A stretch of DNA of 64,000 nucleotides from Eledone cirrhosa (Eukaryota): assembly GCA_964016885.1 (NCBI GenBank), contig OZ024760.1:34162001-34226000 (forward strand), written 5' to 3'. Each line of letters opens with the position of its first letter. Positions within the stretch are counted from its first letter, which is position 1. The notes below the pieces were generated by a model, which saw only the letters and a list, made by a program, of their open reading frames with translations, made no database searches and was not told the DNA's origin. Below, one piece after another: positions 40,748 to 59,951 of this stretch. The translations under genes were made by a program, and so were the position numbers.

Positions 40748-41111
40748 GGAGGCACATGGCTTAGTATGGAGGCACATGGCTTAGTGGTTAGAGCATTGGC
40801 CTTGCAATCAAAAGGTTGTGAGTTCAATTCTCAGACCGGGTGATGTGTTGTTTCCTTGAGCAAGAGACTTTATTTCACATTGCTCCAGTTTACTCAGCTG
40901 TAGAAATGAGATGATAGGGACTGGGGTCTCTATCATTCCACTGCAAAGTGGTCGTGGAGGTGCAACGGCAAAAAAGCACCCAGCACTCACTGTAAATGAG
41001 GTTGGTGTTAGGAAGGGCATCCAGCTGTAGAAATCAAGCCAGAATCAGTTCCCGTCCCACCCTTGCCAGCAGGGAAAAGCAGACGTAAAATTAAATGATG
41101 ATGATGATGAT
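40748..41111 (+). mobile_element. Second full-length copy of the same SINE with a 20-bp tandem duplication at its 5' end
   Basis: Closely similar to 39911-40240; ATGGAGGCACATGGCTTAGT x2. Confidence 0.9.
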
Positions 41112-41179
41112 ATATATATATATGTATACATATAATATATGTATATATATGTATATATATATATATATGTATACATATA

Positions 41180-41215
<36 letters not shown>

Positions 41216-41373
41216 ACATATAATATATGTATATATATGTATATATATATATATATAAGTTGAAAAAAATGAAAACGAAATTTTATTTCTCACTCTTAGT
41301 ATGGGACTTACTTAAATGTAAGTATGTATATATACGTACATACATATATGTATACAGACGTACAGTAGCATGC

Positions 41374-41404
<31 letters not shown>

Positions 41405-41579
41405 CATATATATACATATATACATACAGGTACACATACATATATGCACGCATCAGTTTAGCGGACGTTTATTACAACGCCGCTTTGTTCGTTTGTTTGT
41501 CAACAAACCGAACAGCCTGAATTTATGCCATACGGTGTTAAGGCAACCACGTCACCTTTTTGTTCAACACTGACACAGG

Positions 41580-41624
41580 AACGATGTACTAGTTTCAAGC
41601 TTGTTAGCTATCATCAGCACCGTT
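41580..41624 (-). ncRNA. Minimal type I hammerhead, family H, copy 1
   Basis: AACGGUG-CUGAUGA-U-AGCU/AGCU-U-GAA-ACUAGU-A-CAUCGUU. Confidence 0.87.
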
Positions 41625-41861
41625 TACCCATCTGCCAGATAGTTGAACGTTCGAAAGTATATACTTTCCTTATGAAAATTAACGGCTGAGCAGCCTAATT
41701 TGCATATTGAGTGAGTTAAATCGGTCAGGCATACCGAAAACGATAAGTTGAAAAAAATGAAAACGAAATTTCATTTCTCACTCTTAGTATGGCACTTACT
41801 TAAATGTAAGTATGTATGTATATGTACATACATATATGTATACAGACGTACAGTAGCATGC

Positions 41862-41904
<43 letters not shown>

Positions 41905-42073
41905 TATACATATATACATACAGGTACACATACATATATGCACGCATCAGTTTAGCGGACGTTTATTACAACGCCGCTTTGTTCGTTTGTTTGTCAACAA
42001 ACCGAACAGCCTGAATTTATGCCATACGGTGTTAAGGCAACCACGTCACCTTTTTGTTCAACACTGACACAGG

Positions 42074-42118
42074 AACGATGTACTAGTTTCAAGCTTGTTA
42101 GCTATCATCAGCACCGTT
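42074..42118 (-). ncRNA. Minimal type I hammerhead, family H, copy 2
   Basis: Identical to copy 1, 494 nt away. Confidence 0.87.
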
Positions 42119-42283
42119 TACCCATCTGCCAGATAGTTGAACGTTCGAAAGTATATACTTTCCTTATGAAAATTACGGCTGAGCAGCCTAATTTGCATAT
42201 TGAGTGAGTTAAATCGGTCAGGCATACCGAAAACGATAAGTTGAAAAAAATGAAAACGAAATTTCATTTCTCACTCTTAGTAT

Positions 42284-47500
<5,217 letters not shown>

Positions 47501-48967
47501 ATCATCATCATCATCATCATTTTACGTCCGCTTTTCCCTGCTTGCAAGGGTGGGACGGATCTTATTCAGCACAGCATCTCTCCACTCGTCACGGTCCCTC
47601 GTCATCTCCGCCGTGAGCTTCAATGATCTGAGGTCTGTTCTCACCACCACCGCCCATGTTTTTCGTGGTCTACCTCTACCACGTCTTCCTTCAACTGGCA
47701 TTTCCTGGCACTTCTTCACCCATCGGTCATCCTCCATGCGCATCACATGTCCATACCACCTCAGTCTCCTCTCCCGTACACTACATTCTATCCCTCTCAG
47801 ACACAGTTTCTCTCTCAACACATTTATGCTGAGTCGTTCACGCACATTTACACTGCACATCCAATGGAGCATGCTTGCCTCGTTTCTCTCCAGCCGTCGC
47901 ATATCCTCTGCAGTTGCTGCCCATGTCTCACTACCATGCAGCATCGCGCTCCTCACACAGGCATCATACAACCGGCCTTTCGTACGCAGGGAGAAACCCT
48001 TCTTCGTCAACAGAGGAAGCAGCTCCCTAAACTTCTTCCAACCCGTCCTTATTCTAGATACTATGGCCTCGGAACACCCTCCTCCCATGCTAATCTGATC
48101 TCCTAGGTACCGGTAGCTAGCCACCACTTCTATAGCGCCCTCTCGCATTTGAAAAATGTGTCTATCAGTGCGACTTCTACTGTCTAATTTCCCTGTACAT
48201 CTACTGCATACATATTTCTCCCTACCTGTTAGTTTGCCTGCTATCCCGCTACATCTCTTGTGTACCCAAGACCTGCATTGTGTGCATTTTATAGAATTTA
48301 TGCCAGTTCCTTTTCGGCATATCGAACATGGCCATTTCCCTGATGGAATCAGGGTTTTGTCCTCTTTTCTACTCATCAACACTTTTGTCTTAGCTAGATT
48401 TACTCTCAGTCCTCTTGCTTCCAACTGCTGTTTCCATAGCCGGAATTTATTCTCTAGCTCCTCTACTGATTCTGCTATAAGAGCCAGTTCGTCAGCATAG
48501 AGAAGTTTCCATGGACAGCCAGTCTTAAACTTCTCTGTTATGGCTTGGAGGACTATAATGACCAAGAGCGGGCTGAGGACCGAACCCTGATGTACTCCTA
48601 CTTGTATCTGGAATTCCTCACTAAACTCCATTCCTACCCTGACTTTACTGAGAGTACCTCTGTACAAAGTTTGCACTGTCCTCACAAGCCATTCCTCAAC
48701 ACCTAGCTTCCTTAGGAACCACCAGATGACAGATCGGGGTACCTTATCAAAGGCCTTCTCTAGGTCAACAAAGGCTAAGTATAGTGGCTTATTCTTCTCT
48801 AAGAATCTCTCTTGCATTTGTCTCACCAAGAAGAGGGCATCTGTTGTACTCTTCCCAGGCACAAAACCAAACTGCATCTCATCTAGTTTGACCCTTTCTC
48901 TAATTAGTTGTGCTAAAATCCTTTCTGCCACTTTCATAACCTGATGTATCAGTTTTATACCCCTATA
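47501..48967 (-). mobile_element. RTE LINE, 5'-truncated (copy 2); frame open but YADD changed to YADE
   Basis: ORF 47522-49042 with RT motifs, RLRWYGHVMR, RGRGRPRKTW, (ATG)n tail. Confidence 0.93.
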
Positions 48968-49013
48968 TATGTATATATATATATAGTAATAATAATAAAA
49001 TTGAAGACTAAAA

Positions 49014-51074
49014 CTCCTGATACAGAAAACAGACGCGTTCATTAAAAGGTTGCGTTGGCGTGCCTTTTATTTCGATAATCCGCGAAAAGCAGACAACAAA
49101 CAGGATAAATTTGGATTTAAAACTTATAATAACCCTCCGTGGAACCCAGCATTGCTACCCTTCGAAAATGATGTCTTGGAACTCATTAGGAATATCAAAT
49201 TTCGGAATAGGAGCAATTCCTTCCAGCAAGACCTGAAGAATAGAATTCGTTCTATTAAGGATTCTGACGCCGTGCGCGTCCATTCTGACAAAACTGGCAA
49301 CCTATATCAAGTGGAGCGCAGTACTTACCATCAACTACTACATAATGCTGTAACTAAGGATTACCGTAAAACTAATCGGTGCGTCATCAATGAAATCAAC
49401 GATGCCGGGTTTAAAATCACATCTGATCTCAACATCCTGGACCGGACCGAACCTCTGGACCCTATCTCTCCCCACTTTACCCTGAAGGATCACAAATCCA
49501 ATTTTCCGAACAACCCCTCTATTCGGCTTATTAACCCTACGAAGTCTGATTTAGGTAGACTTAGTAAAACGATTCTTGATAGAATTATACCTGAAATTAG
49601 AAGTTTGGCCCCTCTCGCACTGTGGAACAATTCTTTCGCGGTGATTGATTGGTTCAACGGCATATGTAACAACGAACATTGCCGTTTTATCCAATTCGAC
49701 ATCAACAATTACTACTCCTCCATCACTTTACCACTTCTCCTTAGAGCTATCAATTTCGCTAAAACACTCACAGTGGTTAAGGATTTTGAAGTTGATGTCA
49801 TCCTTAATGCCCGAAAGTCGGTGATTAATTTCGACGACTCTATTTGGATTAAAAATTCCAATAGTACCCCGTTCGACGTGAGTATGGGCGCCAGTGACTC
49901 TGCGGAGGTTACTGATCTTATAGGCCTTTTCCTTCTTTTCTCTATCAAGGACGAATTCCCCAACGCGGGCGGTGGTTTGTACCGTGACGATGGTCTTTTG
50001 ACCATGACAAAGTGCGGACCTCGTGCTTGCGACAGGTTCAGAAAAGAACTCACAGCCTTCTTTAAAGGCTTCAACCTCTCTATACAGGTTGAGGCCAATC
50101 TCTCGGTCGTTAATTACCTCGACGTTACCCTCAATTTATTGAATGGGTTGTATTACCCATATAGAAAGCCGAATGATACGCTTAATTACATAAGTAAGCA
50201 TTCCAACCATCCTGCCAGCATAACCAAGAACCTGGTAAGAAACGTTTCGTTGAGGCTTTCCCGTCTTTCCACCAACGAGCGCATTTTCAACGACCATTCC
50301 TCTTATTACAATGAAGCTCTTGCTCGAAGTGGATTTGTCGATAAGGTAGCATATACAGAGTACGAAAATAGACCTAGAAGAAATAGATCCCGTCGCATTT
50401 GTTGGTTTAACCCACCATATAATATGGAGGTGGCCACACCATTAGCTAAGATCTTTCTTTCCCTTATTACGAACCATTTTCCCCCTACACATAAACATAG
50501 TAAAATTATTAATAGAAATACTATTAAAATTTCTTACTCTACGACTCCTAACCTTGCACATAACATCACAGCTTCAAATTTAGCTAAACTTCCTAGCCGT
50601 AGGAACACGTGCAACCCTGTAGTTAGTACTAACTGTAATTGTAGGAATCAGGCTGATTGCCCCCTATCCGGGAAATGCCTCTCTAGTAACATTGTCTACA
50701 AATGTAAGGTTGTAACACCCACGTCCCGTAGGGCCTACATAGGGTTAACCGCCAATAGTTTCAAGCAGCGTCTTTACATGCATACCCATTCTTTTCGTTA
50801 CCCTCTAAGAAGGAATATGACGTCACTTTCAGCTTATATCTGGAGTCTAAAAGACAACCACACCCAATATAAGTTACACTGGGAGATCCTAGCTAGGGCT
50901 AGATCGTATAACGGAAATAAAAGACCATGTGACCTCTGCGCCGCTGAGGCCCTGGAAATACTCTACGCTACAGACCACATCTTAAACAAAAAATCTGAGG
51001 CAATTTCGGCTTGTAAACATAAATTGCACAAAACTTTCCTGTATTACAGCCCCACGTTATACCCGAACGGATAG
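49014..51074 (+). CDS. PLE RT plus C-terminal GIY-YIG endonuclease, uninterrupted, start truncated
   Basis: LIQKT..FIKRLRWRA, SDKTGNLY, LKDHK, IRLINP, FIQFDI, MGA.DSAE, LYRDDGL, YLDVTL, CNCR..CPL.G.C, IVYKC...YIGLT, CDLC. Confidence 0.92.
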   Translation, partial: LLIQKTDAFIKRLRWRAFYFDNPRKADNKQDKFGFKTYNNPPWNPALLPFENDVLELIRNIKFRNRSNSFQQDLKNRIRSIKDSDAVRVHSDKTGNLYQVERSTYHQLLHNAVTKDYRKTNRCVINEINDAGFKITSDLNILDRTEPLDPISPHFTLKDHKSNFPNNPSIRLINPTKSDLGRLSKTILDRIIPEIRSLAPLALWNNSFAVIDWFNGICNNEHCRFIQFDINNYYSSITLPLLLRAINFAKTLTVVKDFEVDVILNARKSVINFDDSIWIKNSNSTPFDVSMGASDSAEVTDLIGLFLLFSIKDEFPNAGGGLYRDDGLLTMTKCGPRACDRFRKELTAFFKGFNLSIQVEANLSVVNYLDVTLNLLNGLYYPYRKPNDTLNYISKHSNHPASITKNLVRNVSLRLSRLSTNERIFNDHSSYYNEALARSGFVDKVAYTEYENRPRRNRSRRICWFNPPYNMEVATPLAKIFLSLITNHFPPTHKHSKIINRNTIKISYSTTPNLAHNITASNLAKLPSRRNTCNPVVSTNCNCRNQADCPLSGKCLSSNIVYKCKVVTPTSRRAYIGLTANSFKQRLYMHTHSFRYPLRRNMTSLSAYIWSLKDNHTQYKLHWEILARARSYNGNKRPCDLCAAEALEILYATDHILNKKSEAISACKHKLHKTFLYYSPTLYPNG

Positions 51075-52000
51075 CACGATGTATACGTGGATATTTTACG
51101 TCTTGATGTGGGAGCTAAGTATATGTTTTGTTTATTCCTTTACTTATTTGCATAGGTAAGTATATATTACCCGTATGTTTTGTGAAGGTATGTATACCTT
51201 CTCGTACGTATATTTGACTGTTATAGCGTATAATTTTTACATATTTTGGTATTTAGGGTTTGTCTATGTGTATACGGGAGTTTTGCGTCCGCGTGAGTGT
51301 GCAGGTTCGTACGTATGGTGGGTGTGTGTATATGTGTACTTCTTGTTTTAGTTGACTTACGTCTCCGAACATTCGTGTATTTATATGTAGGTATGCGTGT
51401 GCGCTTGTTATATACGTATTTATTTACTTATATACGTTTATATAATTATTTATTTATTTGTACACAAGCATACACACACATATATTTATATGTGCGTGGT
51501 TTTGTATACCCATGGTAAGGTTTTGCGTATGCTTGTGTATGTACGTATCTGTTCACGTGTATGTATTTATTTGTTTCTATTACTTCTGTATTGTATTTAT
51601 TTACTTTGTTCTTAACTCTGTAGCGGAGATTCATTTGGTCTCCTAGTTAGAATTTTAGTCTACGATTTCTGCTATACCATTTACGTGGTTTTGTCTTTGC
51701 GTACTATTGTTCTCCACGCTCCACATATGACTTATTATCTTCGTTTTTCCGTTCATTGCCAGAGAACGTCTCTATGCACCACCTAAGAGAACATTAGTCT
51801 ACGACCTCTTTTATACCATAAACGTGGTTTTGTCTTTGCGCGTAACTGTTTTTCACCGCTCCTATTAATGACGTATTATTCATTTTTTCCCGTTCTTTGC
51901 CAGCGAACGTTACCACGAACCAAAGTATCGTCTTCCTGTCTTCCTCCGGTTGCAACGTTTTTTGAAATATCCAGTTCTGCGTTTACAGATTGACTTTGTT

Positions 52001-52051
52001 AGTTTCAGAAGATCCCGTTAAGGGTGAAAGCAGCGATTCTTTGCTTAAACT
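52001..52051 (+). ncRNA. Hammerhead-like motif, family B (CAGAAGA core)
   Basis: AGUUU/AAACU stem I, CCC/GGG stem II, AGCA/UGCU stem III, CUU site. Confidence 0.65.
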
Positions 52052-52161
52052 TTAATCTGTTATTTTAATAAATATTTGCTCTACGATTCTTATATATTTG
52101 ATATATATTTTCCTTATCGAGCCCTCTTTGGATTTTAGTCTTCAATTTTATTATTATTACT

Positions 52162-53214
<1,053 letters not shown>

Positions 53215-53557
53215 TATCTCTTCCGACCATCGCTTCATGGAATACCCACACGCAGAAATTGACCAACAACCAATCCACGAAACATCTTCGGAATTTACCA
53301 ACTTTTCAACCATCCTCTTACGTAATCACCTATATAACTCACCCACACACACACCCCAAAAAATTTTTTTCTCCACACGCCACCTACACCCACAACACGC
53401 TTAAACCCCACACTCGCGTGCTTTCCACCACATATTTACACCCTCAGCCTCCTGATTCTTCTCCCCCCACCCCTCTATCCACACACGCACAGACACTCCG
53501 ACCCCCCCACACACACCTCTTCCTGAACATGCAACCCCGTTCTTCCCCCAACTCTTA

Positions 53558-53596
<39 letters not shown>

Positions 53597-53988
53597 ACCA
53601 CCTTCAGCCCTCCCCGTCTCCCTCTCCCCACTCCACCACCCCTACACACCCCACACTCTTCCACCACCCGTTTACCCCCCCTTTCAATTTCAGTTTATTT
53701 TGATCATGACTTTATTTTTAAATTTATCTCATTCCTTGTATTTTGATCATGCTTTATTTTTATTTTTATCTTTATTTTTTATTTTTTCATTCGCACCGTT
53801 TCCTTTCGCTATATGTCTCTCCACCACTCCCCTACACACCCTTTGAACTCTGTTCCCACACACTTCTCACCTGAGGAAGGGCTTATGCCCGAAACGTCGT
53901 CCCCCACCAACACCCCACTCTCCAGAGCGTGAAATTAATAAACATTCGTTGTACTGCCTCTCTGTTTTGTCCCTGTTCAAATTTTTCC

Positions 53989-53991
<3 letters not shown>
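53215..53991 (+). mobile_element. Probable PLE 3' fragment with HHR core at ~53869-53900 (family I)
   Basis: CUGAGGA-A-GGGC/GCCC-GAA-ACGU-C with weak stem I; terminal ~47 bp also present at 27481-27526 between (AT)n tracts. Confidence 0.55.
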
Positions 53992-54034
<43 letters not shown>

Positions 54035-54097
54035 CATATAATATATGTATATATATATATATATATATAATATATGTATATATACATATATATATAT

Positions 54098-54753
54098 AGG
54101 GTCCAAGAGGCGATTAGGGAAATGAAAAAGGGTAAGGCTGCCGGACCATCGGGAATAGTTGCTGAGATGCTGAAGGCATCAGGGGACGTAGGCACTAAAC
54201 TGGTTGCATGCATCATCAATCAGGCTATATATGGTGGTGTCATACCCAAAGACTGGTGCACCAGTATTCTCATAAATTGCTACAAAGGTAAAGGGGATGC
54301 TCTGGAGAGGAGCAATTATAGGGGTATAAAACTGATAGATCAGGTTATGAAAGTGGCAGAAAGTATTTTAGCACAACTAATTAGAGAAAGGGTCAAACTA
54401 GATGAGATGCAGTTTGGTTTTGTGCCTGGGAAGAGTACAACAGATGCCCTCTTCTTGGTGAGACAATTGCAAGAGAGGTTCTTAGAGAAGAATAAGCCAC
54501 TATACTTAGCCTTTGTTGACCTAGAGAAGGCCTTTGATAGGGTACCCCGATCTGTCATCTGGTGGTCCCTAAGGAAGCTAGGTGTTGAGGAATGGCTTGT
54601 GAGGACAGTGCAAACTTTGTACAGAGGTACTCTCAGTAAAGTCAGGGTAGGAATGGAGTTTAGTGAGGAATTCCAGATACAAGTTGGAGTACATCAGGGT
54701 TCGGTCCTCAGCCCGCTCTTGTTCATTATAGTCCTCCAAGCCATAACAGAGGA
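54098..54753 (+). mobile_element. RTE LINE internal RT fragment (copy 3), truncated at both ends
   Basis: MKKGKAAGPSGI through GVHQGSVLSPLLF; closely similar to copies 1 and 2. Confidence 0.92.
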
Positions 54754-54906
54754 TTACTTTTGGAACTACAACTGGAACCGTCGAGCAAACTCTACGTGAG
54801 CTGATAATCTACTGTGTGTAATATTTATATTACAACACAACGGAAAATACTGTATATTTACCTCCTGTAAAGTCGAGCAACCCACACAGCAAACGCAACC
54901 ACAACA

Positions 54907-57229
54907 ATGGAAAAACACTACCTGGATATGTCACTCAAAAACATATCAACCCAAGGTAGAAAGGAATATTTATTGAGCATGATTCAAAAAACTAATGAAT
55001 TCATTCGACGTGTCAGGTGGAAAACGCTCCACTATGATAGAAGCCGTATGAACTCAACATTAGAAAGTGGTGTAAACAACAAATTCGGTTTTAGGACTTG
55101 TAAAAACCCACCCACCAACCCACTATTAGATGCATTTGAGCAGGACCTTATGAACTTAATCCTTAAAATTAAATTCAAAGGACGCAACACCAACAGCAAA
55201 TTACAGAAAGATATAAAAAAACTACTGGACGACCTTAAAAACACCAAAGGAATTGTAGTAAAAGCGGACAAAACATCAAACCTGTACACTATGGATTGCA
55301 CTACATACAACAACTTCATTCGAAAAGAATTACATAAAAAATATAGAAAAACGAGTGAAGTAACCCTTAAGCACATCAATGATGAGGCATGCGAAATAGT
55401 GAAAAATCTCGGAATCGAAGATAGGACAGGACCACTCTTACCGGCGGTACCCACCTTCAATCTTAAGGACCACAAGGTAAACTTTGATAATGACCCTAAA
55501 ATTAGATTAATCTGCCCCTCTAAATCAGATATAGGTAAAATAAGCAAATATATCTTAGATAGAATCATCCCCCAAATTAAGGCTAAGGTTAACATTAAAC
55601 TCTGGGGGAGGACCCAAGAAGCAATAAGATGGTTTAATAGCATTAGCAATAAGAATAAATCTAAGTTTATCCAGTTTGATATCGATGAATATTACTCATC
55701 GATATCACCTGAAACTTTGAATAGAGCCATTAAGTTTGCTAAGGATAACTCTGACCTTACAAACGATGAAATTAAGATTATATTAGAAGCTAGGAAAACT
55801 ATAGTCAAATTTGAGAACAGTTATTGGGTACGTAAAGATAGACCCTCTAACTTTGACATAACAATGGGCTCTAACGATTCGGCGGAAATAACTGATATTG
55901 TGGGGTTATTTATCGCCTTTAGACTCCAGGAAAAATTCAGCAATCTCCACGGCGGAATATACCGCGACGATGTTCTCCTCCTAGCTAAAAACCTTAATAA
56001 CCAAAAACTAGAAAAACTACGCAAAGATATAAGAAAACTACTACTCGAAATAGGACTAACTATAACATATGAATACAACCTTAAAGTAGTTAACTTCCTG
56101 GATGTCACACTCAATTTAAACTCTGGTTTGATTAAACCGTTTCATAAATTGAATGAAAATCTCAAATACGTAAATGTTGGGTCTAACCACCCCATCTCTA
56201 TAATTAAATCTATCCCTAAAAATATTTCCCTTAGAATCTCGAGTCTATCTTCTAACATACAAGTATTTAAGGAACACGCCGAGTACTACGATAACGCCCT
56301 TAGTAAAGCAGGCTACCTCAACAAAATAGAGTACATAGATGGGAACAATCAAAACACCCAAAATAAATCCCACATAGGTAGATATAATAACACAACACCA
56401 AACCACACTTACTACCATAGTATGCACACCAGTAAACCAACAAACAAAACTAATAGAAAGCGATGCAAAGAGTACTTATGGTATAACCCCGAATACAATA
56501 GCTCCATTAGTACAAATTTACCAGTACTCTTCTTTAAAATAATTAAAAGACATTTTCCCACATCACACAAATACCACAAAATCCTAAACCCTACCACTAT
56601 AAGACTGTCATACTCTACAGCGTTAAACCTTGAACAACACATAAAAAAGATCAATACTAGAAGGTTAAACGAAAACACTAAGAACTTAAGTACAAAGAAC
56701 ACAAAAAAAAACAGTAGACAATACACTACAGAACATAAATAAACCACACCTAAGTTCGTCCGCAATACTACTCCAGAGAAAACCCAACGTACACAACTGT
56801 AACTGCACCTATCCTGACAACTGCCCCCTCGGCAATAACTGCCTGGAAAAAAATATTATTTATAAGTGTACCATTAAATCCGGAGGCAACGAGTGGTATT
56901 ACGTGGGATCAACGGCAACATCGTTTAAATCTCGATTGTATAGGCATTCTTACTCAATAAAACACCAGAGCCAAAGAAATGTAACAACTTTAGCAGAAAA
57001 AGCTTGGACGCTCAGGGATAGCGACCAAAAGTTTACCCTAAAATGGGAAAAATTAGCTAAAACCCAAAGCTTTTCCAGGAGCCAAAATTTCTGCAAATTG
57101 TGTAATCTTGAGATTTATTACATAATCACACACAAGAAGAAACTGCTGAATAACAGAATTGAACGAACATTATTCTGCCGTCACAGAACTAAAACCCTTT
57201 TTTCCCACTACAAGCCGAATATTAAATAA
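54907..57229 (+). CDS. PLE (CxC linker) RT plus GIY-YIG, with a reading-frame break in the linker near 56700-56745
   Basis: ATG start; IRRVRWK, ADKTSNLY, LKDHK, FIQFDI, IYRDDVL; after the break CNC..CPL...C, IIYKC, YVGST, CKLC, CRH. Confidence 0.9.
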
Positions 57230-57550
57230 AAGAGGGACATCCCCCAACTATATAAACCTTAATCTAGTTAGAAAAATATAAAAACAATCTCTTCTCAACA
57301 TATATTAATAACCTTAAATTACCATACTAATAATGAAAAGATATGCTGATGAGAATAGGTACAAATATGCGATAATGAATGTATCTAAAAACGTCCATAA
57401 GTATGTATATATATGTGAAAATGTATATAAATAAGTAAATATATATATATGTTTGATGTGTATAGTTAGATGTAAGTGTATTCATGTATTAAAGTGCTTA
57501 TATATATATATGTATGTATGTGTGTGTATGTGTATGTGTATGTATGTATG

Positions 57551-57633
<83 letters not shown>

Positions 57634-58093
57634 GTATATATATATATGTGTATATATATATGTATGTATATATGTGTATATGGATGTGTAAGTATGTGTA
57701 TGTGTGTACACATGGACTAGAGTATGTATGTATATATGAGTGTGTCTATACGTGTGTATATAAAGATAAGTTGAGTATGAAAATGTATACACATGAGCGC
57801 GTATGTATGTATATGAATACATGTGTGTATATATATGTGTATGCATGTGTATATATATGTAAGTATGAATATGTGAATTGTGAGTATATGTATTTTGTAG
57901 AGGTGTGCAAATATATTTGTGTGTGAATGCGTGGGTGAAAGGATACGTACACTTGAAAGAAAAATTTAAGTCTGAATGTTTTTACCGTGTTGCCTACACG
58001 GCCACATTACAGCGTGGACTGTGTGTTTTTTTGTCGTGACACCTACACGATCTCTGTATATATATATGTATATATATATACATATATATATAC

Positions 58094-58170
<77 letters not shown>

Positions 58171-58466
58171 TATACATATAATATATATATATATATATAT
58201 ACATATAATATATATATATATATATATACATATAATATATATATATATATATACATATAATATATATATATATATATACATATAATATATATATATATAT
58301 ATACATATAATATATATATATATATATATACATATAATATATATATATATATACATATAATATATATATATATATATACATATAATATATATATATATAC
58401 ATATATATATACATATAATATATATATATATACATATATATATACATATAATATATATATATATAC

Positions 58467-58858
<392 letters not shown>

Positions 58859-59058
58859 NNNNNNNNNNNNNNNNNNNNNNNNNNNNNNNNNNNNNNNNNN
58901 NNNNNNNNNNNNNNNNNNNNNNNNNNNNNNNNNNNNNNNNNNNNNNNNNNNNNNNNNNNNNNNNNNNNNNNNNNNNNNNNNNNNNNNNNNNNNNNNNNNN
59001 NNNNNNNNNNNNNNNNNNNNNNNNNNNNNNNNNNNNNNNNNNNNNNNNNNNNNNNNNN
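58859..59058. other. Assembly gap (200 N)
   Basis: Run of N. Confidence 1.
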
Positions 59059-59951
59059 TTTATTTAGAGAGGGGGGGGAGATGAAAAGGGAAGGAGATGA
59101 GAGGGAGAGATGGGTGATAGAGAGAAAGAGATAGTTTTTATAACTGAGAGGAGATATATTTTTTACATAGAGGGGTTGAAAACCGTTGGAAGATACTGTA
59201 TAAATAAAAAATTTTGAAAATTAACGAAGGGAGGATATGTGCGAGGAAAAAATATTTTATTTAGGGAGGGGGGGGGGGGGGGTGGAAAGGATGAAAAAAA
59301 AGGGGGGAGGAGATGAGAGTGAAGGTGGAGAGGGAGAGATGGGTGATAGAGAGAAAGAGATAGTTTTTATAACTGAGAAAAAGATATATTGTTTTAATAT
59401 AGAGAGGTTGGGAACCGTTGGAAGATAATGTATAAATTAAAGGAATTTGAAAATTAACGAAGGGAAATTATGTATGAAGATAGAGAGAAAAAAATAATAA
59501 TTGTGGGTGAATATTCTAACGTCAAAAGAAGAAATGTATGTATTGTGGCAATTTCAAAATTAGCGAAGAGAAAAGTTAAGGTTTGTGTGTAGAAGGATTT
59601 GAGAAAAATAATGTGAAGTTAAAGTTTGTATATTGAATTGATATGTATTAATAATGAGTTCGTTGATGGGGAGAAAAAAAAAAAAAAAAAAAAAATAATG
59701 ATAAATTAAGGATGAAATTGAGATTAAAAAGATTTATGATAGAGAGAAAAAATAATAATGATTGCGGATGAATATTCAAAATGTCAAAAACAAATGTTAT
59801 TATTTTACGAGAAGATAGAATGAGGGTAATGAGTAAACGAGTATTATAGAGTGTATAATGCCCTTTAAAGTAAGGTAGATGGGTATATTTTAAAGAGGTG
59901 TATGTATATGTGCCTTTGAGAAAAGATTCTAAATTGATAAAGAATTGAATA

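Larger units (their letters stand above)
41255..42283 (-). mobile_element. Tandem array (2.1 units, ~490 bp) of a non-coding HHR-containing monomer, retrozyme-like
   Basis: Units start at 41255, 41743 and 42236 and differ at only a few positions; one HHR per unit; (AT)n flanks. Confidence 0.85.
48985..52161 (+). mobile_element. Near-complete PLE (CxC linker, tentatively Hydra-like) with a 29-bp inverted copy of its 3' terminus at the 5' end
   Basis: 48985-49013 is the reverse complement of 52133-52161; uninterrupted ORF; ~1.1-kb 3' UTR; (TA)n flanks. Confidence 0.92.

Noticed and set aside
57347-57380. CTGATGA in the PLE 3' UTR as a hammerhead
   Set aside because: No stem II followed by GAAA downstream.
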